Origin: Octopus vulgaris
Lineage: Eukaryota
Direction: 5' to 3'
Length of the DNA: 64,000 nt
NCBI GenBank assembly: GCA_951406725.2
Contig: OX597832.1
Coordinates: 22,320,001-22,384,000, forward strand
Shown: positions 1-13,441 of the stretch, one piece after another
Layout: each line of letters begins with the position of its first letter
How positions within the stretch are numbered: the first letter of the stretch is position 1
The notes under the pieces: model-generated
The model's input: the letters and a program-made list of their open reading frames with translations, nothing else
Told to the model about the DNA's origin: nothing
Database searches by the model: none
Program-made: the position numbers and the translations under genes

Positions 1-17
1 ACAGCACCACCACCACC

Positions 18-62
<45 letters not shown>

Positions 63-118
63 AACAGAAACAACAAGAGCGATGTTATCAACAACAACAG
101 CAGGAACAACAACAAAAC
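1..118. repeat. (CAC)n/(CAA)n microsatellite
   Basis: Direct trinucleotide runs. Confidence 0.9.
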
Positions 119-128
119 GAACGTGAAA

Positions 129-615
129 TGTGTGGTAAGTAGCTTGCTTACCAACCGCATGGTTCCGGGTTCAGTCCCACTGTGCGTGTGACACCTTGGG
201 CGAGTGCCTTCTTTCTTAGCCTCGGGCCGACCAAAATCCTTGTGAGTGGATTTGGTAAACGGAAACTGAAAGAAGCCCGTCGTATATATGTGTATGTATA
301 TATATGTGTGTGTTTGTCTGTCTGTGTTTGTTCCCCCGCAATATCGCTTGACAACCGATGCTGGTGTATTTACGTCCCCATAACTTAGAAGCTCGTCGTA
401 TATATGTATATGTGTATATATGTGTGTTTGTGTGTCTGTGTTTGTCCCCCCTAGCATCGCTTGACAACCGATGCTGGTGTGTTTACGTCCCCGTAACTTA
501 GCTGTTCGGCGAAAAGAGACCGATAGAATAAGTACTAGGCTTACAAAGATTTGATGGAGTAAAGGCGGTGCTCCAGCATGGCCGCAGTCAAATAACTGAA
601 ACAAGTAAATAAAAA
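129..615 (+). mobile_element. tRNA-derived SINE family A, with internal duplication
   Basis: GGTTCAGTCC B-box-like head, CCTTGGGC core-like motif, internal (TA)n(TG)n, tail ggcggtgctccagcatggccgcagtc; many other copies in the window. Confidence 0.85.
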
Positions 616-634
616 AAAAAAACAATCTATTTAA

Positions 635-840
635 CTGTAGACACAAGGCCTGACATTTTGTAGGGAGGGGTCAAGTCGATTACATCGACCCCGGAGTGCA
701 AATGGGATTTATTTCGTCGACCCCTAAATATGAACGTCAGATTCGACCTCGGCAGCATTTGAACTCTGAAAGTAAAGGCGGAAGAAATGCCGCGAAGCAT
801 CTTCTTTAGCTTACTAACGAGACTGACAGCTCGTCGCCTT
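635..840 (-). mobile_element. SINE family B (Meta/MESC-like central domain), diverged
   Basis: Reverse-complement similarity to gagttcaaattccgccgaggtcgac...ggggtcgat of other B copies. Confidence 0.7.
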
Positions 841-872
841 AATAATAATACTACTAATAATAATAATAATGA

Positions 873-925
<53 letters not shown>

Positions 926-974
926 ATAATAATAATAATAATAATAATAATGATAATAATAATAATAATAATGA

Positions 975-1042
<68 letters not shown>

Positions 1043-1085
1043 ATAATAATAATAATAATGATAATAATAATAATAATAATAATGA

Positions 1086-1123
<38 letters not shown>

Positions 1124-1162
1124 ATAATAATAATAATAATAATAATGATGATGATGATGATG

Positions 1163-1247
<85 letters not shown>

Positions 1248-1274
1248 TAATAATAATAATAATAATAATAATGA

Positions 1275-1343
<69 letters not shown>

Positions 1344-1366
1344 TGATGATGATGATGATGATGATG

Positions 1367-1418
<52 letters not shown>

Positions 1419-1441
1419 TAATAATAATGATGATGATGATG

Positions 1442-1482
<41 letters not shown>
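841..1482. repeat. Compound (AAT)/(ACT)/(GAT) microsatellite
   Basis: Direct; source of the poly-N/T/D pseudo-ORFs. Confidence 0.95.
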
Positions 1483-1486
1483 TAAA

Positions 1487-2041
1487 TGCCCTGATGTAGT
1501 ATCAGGCAGTGGCTCTCGTGGGTTCTGATCTTAACTGATTGGAAGTGTTATCATGTACATTGTTTTGTCTTGGTATAAAAGATGGGCTACAGCAAATATT
1601 CTGCTCAATACCACAGATTTGCTTGTCAGTTGTTTGACCTTAACCAGTTGAGCATGTCCCTTAGTGGCTGACGATATGTGCTTCTCTGATCACGAGCAGA
1701 AGTAGTGGGGGAGCATCATAGCCATGTGTTGAGAGGGATTCTTTGGGGTTTGAATAGTTCACCTCTGGAAACATGGGTGGTTCTTTCAACATCCTTAAAC
1801 AACCCTTATTCAGGGACCTTTTGAGCGGGATGGGCTACTCAACCTGAAAAAATTTCTAACTGGGCCCCACCTACAAGGTCATGTGCTTTTTATCTTGATA
1901 TGAGATCACCATGTCGAGCACATATGGTTGTGATGCATGTGCCTGGTGTACCCTTATCAGACGGGTAGTCATGATGGGTATATTGGGCTTCGTATATTTT
2001 ACCCCAGTGTCACTTTGATGGCATGAACTGCTCTCTCACTC
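1487..2041 (+). mobile_element. 555-bp (AAT)n-associated non-coding interspersed element (family C)
   Basis: Near-identical copy at 22373-22927(-), partial copies at 23444-23765 and 63000-63492; always flanked by (AAT)n. Confidence 0.85.
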
Positions 2042-2107
<66 letters not shown>

Positions 2108-2111
2108 AATG

Positions 2112-2169
<58 letters not shown>

Positions 2170-2456
2170 GAGGTAACTAGAATGTGTAATCTGAAAACAG
2201 AAACAATTCCTATCATAGTAGGAGCATTAGGCATGATAAAAAAATATTCAGACAAATACATAACAAAAACACCAGAACTTACAATCACATATAACATACA
2301 GACAATTGCACTACTAGGCACTGCACACATCCTACGCAGAACACTTTCCATACAATAACCATCAGAGCATCACAACAAATCACAGCACATACCCAAGGCA
2401 CACAGAGCTGCGCTCGGTAGTGAAGTGAAAGCACGCTATAAAAATAAAACTACTGA
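2170..2456 (+). mobile_element. 5'-truncated R4/Dong-clade non-LTR retrotransposon 3' end (RLE C-terminus + 3' UTR)
   Basis: 2170-2358 translates EVTRMCNLKTETIPIIVGALGMIKK...IQTIALLGTAHILRRTLSIQ*, matching the R4/Dong RLE tail pattern; embedded in (TAA)n. Confidence 0.85.
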
Positions 2457-2475
2457 ATAATAATAATAATAATGA

Positions 2476-2583
<108 letters not shown>

Positions 2584-2628
2584 TAATAATGAGAATGATA
2601 ATGACGAAATTATAAAATAATTTTCTTG

Positions 2629-2668
<40 letters not shown>

Positions 2669-2913
2669 GTGTAACTGTCGATTTCGAAATACGGTTTGTA
2701 TTGTTAAAAGAATTGCTCGAACAGGAAGTAGAGGCTGCAAATAGTTGTTGAAGACGTTTACAATTACTTTTTGCTATTTCTGTTGTACAACTGGAACCAC
2801 ATTTTTACTGCATTCCTGCTAAAATGATTTTTCAGTCTAATAATTTAAAGAAACGCTTAGCGATACTCGTTCTTACGTTGAGCTCGAAGAGAATACGAAA
2901 GTGATATTGCTGT

Positions 2914-3279
2914 TGCTGTTGCTACTGCTTCGTCCCTGAGCTCGCAAGTCCGAAACGTGGTCCTTTGCTATTCGTAAGACCCGCAGAAGAGAAAGCAGGT
3001 CAACCCCCCCCCCCCGACACCGAGAACATCGACGGATGGATGAATGCGTATCCAGGCTCTGCGGTTGTGTAGGAAATCGGAGACAGGAAACAGGAAGAAA
3101 GGGTGAAAGACAGTTGGAGCGAAAGAGTACAACAGGGGTCGCCACCACCCACTGCCGGAGCCTTGTGGAGCTTTAGATGTTTTCGCGCAATAAACACACA
3201 CAACGCCAAGTCTGGGAATCGAAACCGCGATCCTCCGACCGTGAGTCCGCCGCCCTAACTACTGGACCATCGCGCCTCC
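2914..3279 (-). mobile_element. Full-length tRNA-derived SINE (OR-like) with 12-bp TSD
   Basis: Minus-strand head ggaggcgcgatggtccagtagttagg...ggtttcgattccc; TSD tgatattgctgt at 2902-2913 and 3280-3291. Confidence 0.85.
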
Positions 3280-3895
3280 TGATATTGCTGTCTGTGCATT
3301 GATATCATTATTATTTATGCACTTATCTTACTTTTTCGTACAGTCATTTTCCATTTGGCCACCTAATCTTAATCTAAGGCAATATCCCCTCCCCCAAATA
3401 ACCTATATGTACATCTATGTCGACATTAACTTTCAGGTTTATGTCTTTAAATACAACAGCAATAACAGAATTGTTTCCTTTTCCAATCTAACCGTTGGGT
3501 ATTCATATTTCGTGTAAGAACGAACCTATCATCTCGATATAAGCCTCTCTGTAAATCATTGGGCTTATGTAATAAGTGTAAAATACGAAGACTGATAAAC
3601 TCACAAATTACAGCAGGCTCTAAGCTACCTCTCGATACACCAGAAAATTTAGTATCATTAATTTTTACCCAGACGAACAGGAATCACACTTCGAGAATAA
3701 ATTGAAAACTGAAATTCTATTGACAAGCAAAACAAACTTAAATAACATTCCTTTTATCGTACCTAAGGTGGATATATAGTTGAAAGCCTGCTAAACAGAA
3801 ATTTCGTCGCAAGAAAGATTCTCTTATAGACACACTCTTAAAAACACAGAAATATATCAGTAGCATACGAAAATTATCCAGCAGTGGCGGTGGCA

Positions 3896-3940
3896 TTGCT
3901 AAATACGTATTTCTGCCTCTTTGGGCTTCGTCAGTAGCAA
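3896..3940 (-). ncRNA. Minimal type I hammerhead ribozyme motif
   Basis: Minus strand: ttgcta-CTGACGA-a-gcc(caaaga)ggc-a-GAAA-tacgta-TT-tagcaa; 6-bp stem I, palindromic stem III. Confidence 0.75.
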
Positions 3941-3989
3941 TTATTTACTGGTAGCAGCATGATAAAACAAAATCCATCATCACTGATAT

Positions 3990-4147
3990 AATCTTTTCTA
4001 CTCAAGGCACAAGGTCCGAAATTTTGAGGGAGGGAGCCAGTCGATTAGATCGACCCCACTACGCAACTGGTACTTAATTTATCGACCCCGAAATACGGCT
4101 ACGCATTTCGTCCGGCGTGCTAACGTTTCTGCCAGCTCGCCGCCTTC
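3990..4147 (-). mobile_element. SINE family B with internal deletion
   Basis: Head aaggcggcgagctggcagaaacgttagcacgcc on minus strand; short-type tail. Confidence 0.8.
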
Positions 4148-4593
4148 CATCACTTCGTACAATGGTTCTTCATTCGTACCTTCACTCCATACCACCCGGG
4201 ATACTGGGATATATGACTAATCCATTGTGCTATCTATTTACAGCTACATAAACTGAGCCATTAGCTGTTAAATAATTTGGATTCGGAAAGAACAGAACAA
4301 ATCAGAAAACATTGGCTTATAATCCGGAAATTCAATCAATTTGGCCAATTTCGATTCATTCTATTCTTCTTTTATTCTAGATGTCATCTATTCTATATTT
4401 TCTATATTTTCCTGATTGCTTGGTATATTAAAACTTTCCATTAGCAGAAAGCATTATTATTACAGCTTAAACCTCTTAATTATTATGTATTTGCGAAAAT
4501 TTTCTTTCAGTCAGCCAGCTACGAGACCCAACACCCACCACTCCTTGAGCTTGTACTTACAATCATCTTCTTTAACAAGAAACAACAGCGTAT

Positions 4594-4599
<6 letters not shown>

Positions 4600-4641
<42 letters not shown>

Positions 4642-4688
4642 GTATATATATATATATATATATATATGTGTTTATATATATATACATA

Positions 4689-4762
<74 letters not shown>

Positions 4763-4884
4763 CATATATATATATTCATATATATACATATGTATATATA
4801 TATATATATGTATATATATACATACATATATATATATACATACATATAATACATATATATTTATATATATATATATATATGAAT

Positions 4885-4959
<75 letters not shown>

Positions 4960-4960
4960 A
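4600..4960. repeat. (TA)n microsatellite (one of many similar tracts)
   Basis: Direct; generates YIYI pseudo-ORFs. Confidence 0.95.
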
Positions 4961-5613
4961 ATGTAAACTTGCAACTCAGCGGCGTACATATCCACTAAAT
5001 ATACTGCATGCAACAAAGGCAACAACAACAACAACAACAACAACAAAGATATGAATTGCAGCAAGAGCAAGAAGAACAACAAGAACAAGAATAAGAAGAG
5101 TAATGATAACAATAAAAATGAAACAAACAGAGAAAACGGGGGAGAAGAAACTGTAATTATCAGAGATTACGTCACAAGCAATATATCTACGTGCTAAGCT
5201 AAATATTAAACACGCTAATAGACTAATAGATTATGTCAGAATAAGACGAAGGGGGAGGGAAGCATTTCTAAAGGAAGCCAAAACAAACACGAATCAGTCT
5301 AGATGTAGAAGTATGTATAGATTATATATATATATATATATGTATGTAGGTATGGATGTATGTTATTATGTGTGTATAGACGTGCGTATACTTCAGTATG
5401 CATGCAGATAGAAATCTTTATGTGTGTTACGTCGAGGTGTACGTATACTTGCATAAAGGTACGTATACTTGTATATATATGTATATGTATAGATATCTAT
5501 ATACGCGTGCTTCGATGTACGCTCAGATATAGATGGATGCGTACATCTATGACTACATGCATATTTCAATATATAAATATGGATGTATATATATATATAT
5601 ATATATTTATGTA

Positions 5614-5692
<79 letters not shown>

Positions 5693-5694
5693 AT

Positions 5695-5774
<80 letters not shown>

Positions 5775-5975
5775 AGATATGTATACGTATGTATACGTGT
5801 AGTTATATGTAAATGATAAATATTCCTATTGGGGGTACGTATACATATGTTTTAACACAGAGATAGCTATAAATGTTTACATATATTTTGATCTATGTAT
5901 GTATATGTATATAAAGAAGTTTGCATAAATTACGTATACAGCGAAGTTTCAAATTAGGTAGAGATAGAAATATAC

Positions 5976-6006
<31 letters not shown>

Positions 6007-6061
6007 TGTATGTATGTATGTATGTATGGATGGCTGGATGGCTGGATGGATCTGTGTGTAC

Positions 6062-6104
<43 letters not shown>

Positions 6105-6173
6105 TATGCACACACACATACATGCATACATATACCTATATATATATATATATATATATACATATATATATAA

Positions 6174-6205
<32 letters not shown>

Positions 6206-7286
6206 TTAAACATGCATATATGTATATATTCATATGTGCACATGCAGATATGCATGTATAAGTATACATACACATACATTTATAAACGTCTTCGTATGAA
6301 CAAGATTACCTCAAGCAAATCTTAATACTCAGCCTTTTCAAGAAGTAGAGTTATATGTATTTCTTTAAAGCACCATTTCCCTTCTCGTATTTGTTCTCGT
6401 CGTTTGGATTCTGAGTTCAAATCCCACCGTAGTCAACTTTGTCTTTCACCACCTCCCGGGTCGTACCAGTCAAGTACTGGCGCCTATGCAGTTGTGTGAC
6501 CACTTAGTTCAAACAGCTGGCTTTGTCACTTAAGTTTTAAACAATTAATTACTGAGATTCATATTTGTTTTATTTTAGCCCAGGGACTCATAAGACCAGT
6601 TACCCGGTTTCCCTGATGTATAAGTAACCAAGATCACAACAATCTCCCTGAAAGGGGCATTCGTCCATTGCAAGTTCCAAAGCTACCAAGCTTGAGTGTA
6701 GAGGACGAATCGATTACATCGACCCCAGTACATGACTGGTAATTTATTTTATCGATCCAAAAATGATAAAGGGCAATTTCGACCGATGTGGGATTTGAAC
6801 ACAGAACGTAAAGAGCCAGAAAGAACGCTACAAAGGATCTTATCGGGCGTTCTAGCGATTCTGCCATCTTACCTTCTTATGTGCAAGCACGCAGTTATAA
6901 TTCCGTTTAAACCCTTTCTCTTTCTCTGTTTTTGTTTGAAGATATCTTTTACGGAGTGATGGTACATAGTTATTTATATATTTGTATACGCTTATATCAT
7001 GTCTATTACGTTGATATAGTTATTGAGTCATTCCCTAGCCAATCCTTATCAAACAGATCAATAACCAAACAGATCAATGATCAAAAACATTCTGGCACTA
7101 TAAACACAATTTTTTTTTTAAAAAAGAAGTATTTAAAACTACATTAGCCTTTGCGTCTATTCTAATTTTTCTTAAATAATAAAATACGATTTGAGAGAAA
7201 TTTGGTTGTTTTTTCCTATCATTGTCGAAAGAGGATTTAGAGACTCGTACATTGTTGGAAAGCGACGGGAAGAAGAATAAGAAAAA

Positions 7287-7422
<136 letters not shown>

Positions 7423-7653
7423 ATATTGAAGTAAACAGAAATTGGAGAGCAACAATTGACTTACATCAATTATCATTTATTAATTCAACGCAAAATAACT
7501 GCATCCTATCTAACAGCTGTTTCTGCTTCCAATGTCATATGATATTGGCATTGAAATGCTAAAAAATAATAATATTCACCATATTTGGTAATAAAACCGA
7601 TATGGATACTTTTATCCCTTAGACGGTTATTCCAACTCCCTAACTCTAATAAC

Positions 7654-7712
<59 letters not shown>

Positions 7713-7720
7713 CATATATA

Positions 7721-7760
7721 CTAGCAGAATAGCCCGTCGTTGCCGGGCAATTTTTACGAC
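7721..7760 (-). mobile_element. Helitron 3' terminus
   Basis: Minus strand gcccggcaacgacgggc hairpin followed by ...tgCTAG|t. Confidence 0.6.
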
Positions 7761-8793
7761 AGAATGTTTTATATAAATTGTTTATTCCATGGCAGAGAAT
7801 GCCTTCCCTGACAGATAGGCCTCTTGATCAAGACAAATTTGTGCAATTTCTCGCAGAAAAACTTACTTGAGGATTTTTTCTTTTTTAAATTATTTACATG
7901 TCTGTCCGACCGTTTCACATGACTTTATTCATTAAAACTTATTAAAACTTCAGAAGTTCTTACACCTTTGGTCGTCGTAATGTTTTGCTTTCGTATGTTT
8001 AATAAAAAAAATCCTCCTCGTAATGATTTTGTTTTCATTTGTGATAGAGAGCTATCATGCAGAAAATACCAGCTTCCAAATCCTGTTTTCTGATTAGGTC
8101 AATTTGATTAAAACTTGAAACCCAAGAACATTTTTCTGCAATTTTTCTGAAAAAAAAAAAATACCAAAATCGTATTTAACGTGGAAGTCTATTTCGATAT
8201 ACCAAATTTGAAAATTTTGACGTAATTTATATGTATGTATGTGTGTATGTGCGCTTATGTGTGTGTACGCGCCTATGTATGAGTGTTTCTTTGCGATGGA
8301 CAGCAGAAAAACCACCTATCCCCTCTCTCCTTAAAGCTATATATTTCTCACACCCACCTTTTTCCCTTCCTCAGTATTTTAAAAGCTAGTTATGCGTATG
8401 TACATGTGTGTGTATGGTGTATGCATGAATCTATGTATGCAGCGTCGCGTGTATATCCGTGAATGACAGCTGTATTAACGTTGTCATCCCACTGCCACTC
8501 CATATTTGTCGCTTACACAACGCTGTTCTCCCCTTCATTGATATCAACCACACTCACTATGCCACCATTTCCCCCTCACACTAACACTCTTTGCACCTTT
8601 CTGATTTTATCAAATAATAGCCCAACCCCACCTAGGGGTTCCATTATAGATTTTTATCGAAATTCAATTAATCTATAATTGAACTGGATGTTAGTTTAAC
8701 ATGTATGCATAGTTGCGTCAAGATTGGTTCACTGGTGTAGGTAGCAAGATGGTAACAGTCAGATTGATATATTAAAAATTGCCATTTATATAT

Positions 8794-8872
<79 letters not shown>

Positions 8873-8885
8873 ACACACACGCATA

Positions 8886-8946
<61 letters not shown>

Positions 8947-9762
8947 TATACACACAGCACACCTACGTATATGCATGCCTTGTGTGAACTGAATTCCAAT
9001 TTCCTGTGATTAAAGTGATATTCTGGAATTTACGTGTCTATTTCTTATTTTATTTAAATATTCCAAACGAAATATTCCAAGCGACTGAGTTTCTGAGTAA
9101 AAGTGTAAACATTGAATCGTTTTCAGTTCTGACTAATCGGGAATTTTATTTTCTTATCTATTGTTTTTTTTCTTTGTCTGCTTCGTTTTTTTTTATATAT
9201 ATATATATATTCTTTCTCCTTTCTTTTCATACTGCGCCATTCGCCTTAGCTGCTACTAAGGATTGTTACTTAGCAAATTCGGAATCCCGTACTTAAGGAT
9301 GCAGTGAATTGTTTATCAGTTTTATATTCAACAATTATGAGCTACAAAAATTATTTCAAATTGTAAATTATTTAATATTCAGCGTTCACGTTCTAAGTAT
9401 AAGAAAACATATAAATTCAGTCGATAACATTCAGCTATGGAAGTTGCTATACCTAACTTTGCTAACATTAAACAATTAAAAAGGAACATTTACCCGTGTG
9501 CTTGTGTGTTATTATATATGTTTGTGTCAGTGCGTCTGTTACAACCTTTTATCTAAACAATGCGGTAAATATTGAAAATTTTACTTTCCCATTGTACTTT
9601 GTTGAGTAATCAGCCTGGTGATGCATATCCTATCGTAAGAATTAACAACACGGTAGAAGCCACCATTTAAAACGCACACATTATTTAGAATACATCTTAG
9701 AACTAGCGTAGGAGTCTCAAGTTTGTTGTTCAAACTGATAGAAAGTTGCAACCATAAGCGAG

Positions 9763-10412
9763 GTGGCAGAATATTTATGGCGCCGGGCGAAATGCTTAGC
9801 GGTATTTCGTCTGCTGCTACGTTCTGAGTTCAAATTCCGCCGAGGTCGACTTTGCCTTTCATCCTTTCGGGGTCGATTAAATAAGTACCAGTTATGTACT
9901 GGGTCGATATAATCGACTCAATCCATTTGTCTGTCCTTGCTTGTCCTCTCTGTGTTTAGCCCCTTGTGGGTAGGAAAGAAATAGGCATTTCGTCTGCCGC
10001 TACGTTCCGAGTTCAAATTCCGCCGAGGTCGACTTTGCCTTTCATCCTTTCGGGGTCGATTAAATAAGTACCAGTTACGCAATGGGGTCGATATAATTGA
10101 CTCAATCCATTTGTCTGTCCTTGTTTGTCCTTTCTGTGTTTAGCCCCTTGTAGGTAGTAAAGAAATAGGCATTTCGTCTGCCGCTACGTTCTGAGTTCAA
10201 ATTCCGCCGAGGTCGACTTTGCCTTTCATCCTTTCGGGGTCGATTAAATAAGTACCAGTTACGCACTGGGGTCGATATAATCGACTCAATCCATTTGTTT
10301 GTCCTTGTTTGTCCTCCCTGTGTTTAGCCCCTTGTGTGTAATAAAGAAATAGGTTTTCGTCTGCCGCTACGTTCCGAGTTCAAATTCCGCCGATGTCGAC
10401 TTTGGCTTTCAT
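9763..10412 (+). mobile_element. SINE B tandem array (one head + ~3.3 bodies of 183-184 bp)
   Basis: Units restart at 9803, 9986, 10170, 10354 with junction aagaaatagg|yatttcgtctgc. Confidence 0.9.
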
Positions 10413-11302
10413 TCTGCCTACCTGTATTTCCTCCATCTCTTTCGTTTTCCTTTTCTCTTTTTCCTCCAATACCTTCGCTCTTTCTCTTCCCCAATGAACG
10501 ATCAACAATACAACTCATTTTCCCCCCTCTCTGGAAGCTTTATTGCTTTTAATAGCAATGCATTTATTTTTACATCTGATTAATTATTAGTTATTAATAA
10601 ACTCTCACATGAAGCTGTTTCATTTAATTATCGCTAGAACACACAAACTCTATTTTGTTGAAAATATTTGTATAATTATATAAACCATATCTCTGCTATC
10701 TCTAAATATCGAAATTACCATGACATATACACGCGAGAGAATCATTTTCAGATTCATCCTGGGTTTTACCAATCCCTGATTTACGTCACAAATTACTCCA
10801 AAATTATTGCCACACTGCGCCTTACTCTAAACCACAGCACGTTTCAGTGAGTTTGAAATGCTTTGGCGCAGCCATTTTGTTGTCACTTATATGGCGTCGT
10901 TTATTTGACGTTGGTTCATTTGACACCAGACTTCTTATGTGTGTGAAGGTATAGGTGTAGGTGAGATTGTGGGGTAAGAAGGTAGCTTCTTACCACGCAA
11001 ACACACCTGCACCTAAACCTTCACACGATGGGCATCGTTTCCCCCCCCCCCCATTAATCATCATTTTCATTTTCATTTTCATTTCATATAACATTATGTC
11101 TACGTCCAGTCCGCAGCTTCCTTTCTCTCTGTAAGGTCTTATGGCCAATATAATGAAATACAGAAGCTAGCTTCCCAATTACATGGTTTAAGCTTCAGTC
11201 TCATTGCGTGGCAATTTGGGCAAGTGTCTTTTTTTTTATAACCCCAAGCTGACCAAAGCCTTGAAATTGGATTTGGTAGACAGAAACTGGAAAATACATG
11301 TC

Positions 11303-11380
<78 letters not shown>

Positions 11381-11552
11381 ATATTAGGGAATAAATCCAA
11401 ATTTACAGGGAAAAAAATCAGATTTAGGATTAAATCCAATTTTATAGTAAAATATTATAAAATATTATTAGAGACAAAACCACTATTTTGCAAAACAAAC
11501 AAGGAAAGACTTAATCAATACATAAAATTTTAATAAATAGTCAAAAAAACCG

Positions 11553-11595
11553 CCACTACAATTGTTTCTTGTCTTGATCGACAATCTTCAGGTGG
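11553..11595 (-). ncRNA. Minimal hammerhead ribozyme
   Basis: ccac-CTGAAGA-ttgtc(gatcaa)gacaa-GAAA-caattg-TA-gtgg. Confidence 0.8.
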
Positions 11596-11649
11596 ACTTC
11601 CAATAAGTCAGTTTCAAATTATGACTTCATAATTTGAAACTGACTAAGT

Positions 11650-11692
11650 CCACCTGAAGATTGTCGATCAAGACAAGAAACAATTGTAGGGG
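11650..11692 (+). ncRNA. Minimal hammerhead ribozyme (inverted copy, one stem I mismatch)
   Basis: ccac-CTGAAGA-ttgtc(gatcaa)gacaa-GAAA-caattg-TA-gggg. Confidence 0.7.
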
Positions 11693-11791
11693 CGGTTTTT
11701 TTGACTATTTATTAAAATTTTATGTATTGATTAAGTCTTTGATTAAGTCTTTCCTTGTTTGTTTTGCAAAATAGTGGTTTTGTCTCTAATA

Positions 11792-11831
<40 letters not shown>

Positions 11832-11832
<1 letters not shown>

Positions 11833-12080
11833 TGTTGTGTCTAGGGAGAGTCATTTCTTTTTGTGCCTTATAATTTAACACACTCACCGGTAAAATTTCC
11901 ACTTATTTCATACTTTGATTTTCCTAAAATTTTCGTTGCGTCTTGCAACCTTTTCAATAGTCTTGACTCTGTCCGTTATTTACACTGGAAAATAAAAATA
12001 AGAAATAAGTGGAAATTTTACCGGTAAGTGTGTTACATTATAAGGCACAAAAAGAAAATGACTCTCCCCAGACACAACAG
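11832..12080. mobile_element. Second fold-back element (arms ~11832-11924 / 11987-12080) enclosing a variant HHR
   Basis: ctgttgtgtctagggagagtcattt... mirrored by ...aaatgactctccccagacacaacag. Confidence 0.8.
11924..11960 (-). ncRNA. Hammerhead motif with U3-A8 covariant core
   Basis: cta-TTGAAAA-g-gttgc(aagac)gcaac-GAAA-at-TT-tag. Confidence 0.6.
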
Positions 12081-12651
12081 AATATGCTTCATCACACGAA
12101 CTCACATAAAGTATCATGCAAACCAAATGCCAAAACGAAATATATGTATATAAATATATACACATCTGTATGAGTTAGAGGTTGAGAAACCAACTAAGGG
12201 ATAGAACCTATCCAATATACTGCTGGTTGTAGTGTACCCAATTATTCATATGCAGGTGCTAGTTATTGCATGACAATCTCGCAATTGGGTATTATATGTG
12301 GGCGGGGGTAACAATGGGTTTACCCTTGATTTATACGGCAAACAAGAAAACGGAGAGGATATAAAATTGACACACATCAGCCGGTAAACATTCAAGTATG
12401 TCTATTTATTCAAATGTATTGGATGAATACACACACATGTATGAGTGGTACAGATTAGCGAGTGGAAAAAAACTGGTAACTGCATAGAAAAGGGTGGGAA
12501 TACATATAAACATATGTAAACAAGTGAGCAAACTGGCAAAAAACTAAATGGGTGTGGAGGTGCTAGTTCATTACGACCGTTTCTGCCAAGATGCAACGAA
12601 ATCTTACAGGTTATCTTCATCTCTTCAGTGTTATGCAGGGATGAGCAGACA

Positions 12652-12736
<85 letters not shown>

Positions 12737-12765
12737 GAATTACGGAATAGAGTAGGAAAAATTCA

Positions 12766-12847
12766 GGCTGCATATGTTTCATAGCGAGTGGAACCTCAGA
12801 AGTGGTAAAATCCAAGCGAGATTATAAAACCGGCTACTCTTCAGACC
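12766..12847 (-). ncRNA. Degenerate hammerhead motif with long loop II
   Basis: ggt-CTGAAGA-gtagc...gctat-GAAA-catatg-CA-gcc; U16.1 replaced by C. Confidence 0.45.
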
Positions 12848-13040
12848 AGGGATATCCTGATTAAATTAAAGGCTACATTGTCGCAAGAAGGTACATGATG
12901 ATGCAAAAGGGGTTCTGTTCGTCGTTCTCCGACGAAGAAAAATTATTCGCAACCTTCCGTACCTGAAAATTGGATTTTTAAAAATATTTCCTACGTATTG
13001 CTCGAAGCTAACTTTCTTTCTACACCTTGGTCCCTAGATC

Positions 13041-13071
<31 letters not shown>

Positions 13072-13164
13072 CATACATACATACATACATACATACATAC
13101 ATACATACATACATACATACATACGTACGCACATATATACATGTGTGTACTTTATTCTTCACGA

Positions 13165-13370
13165 ACGTTAAACTTGTTGAAATTTATAGAAAAACAAAAG
13201 ACGAAAACAGGAGTATGAACAAGAAGCAGGTGTATTAGTTTGACGCTCGGGAAAATGAGAAAGTCTTTTACATTTCGAGCCTACGCTCTTCAGCAGAAAA
13301 GAATAAGAGAAAATAAACAGAGAGAGAATGAAAAAATCTTGTAGATTTAGCGGTGAAGCCTATATATATG

Positions 13371-13441
<71 letters not shown>

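Larger units (their letters stand above)
11380..11800. mobile_element. Penelope-like fold-back non-coding element carrying two inverted HHRs
   Basis: Inverted arms ~11455-11624 / 11627-11800; same family at 37345-37682. Confidence 0.8.

Noticed and set aside
787-1528. Poly-N/T/D and poly-I/L ORFs
   Set aside because: Microsatellite artefacts
7505-7630. Minus strand GAAA-cagctg-TT half-hammerhead
   Set aside because: No recognisable CUGANGA partner
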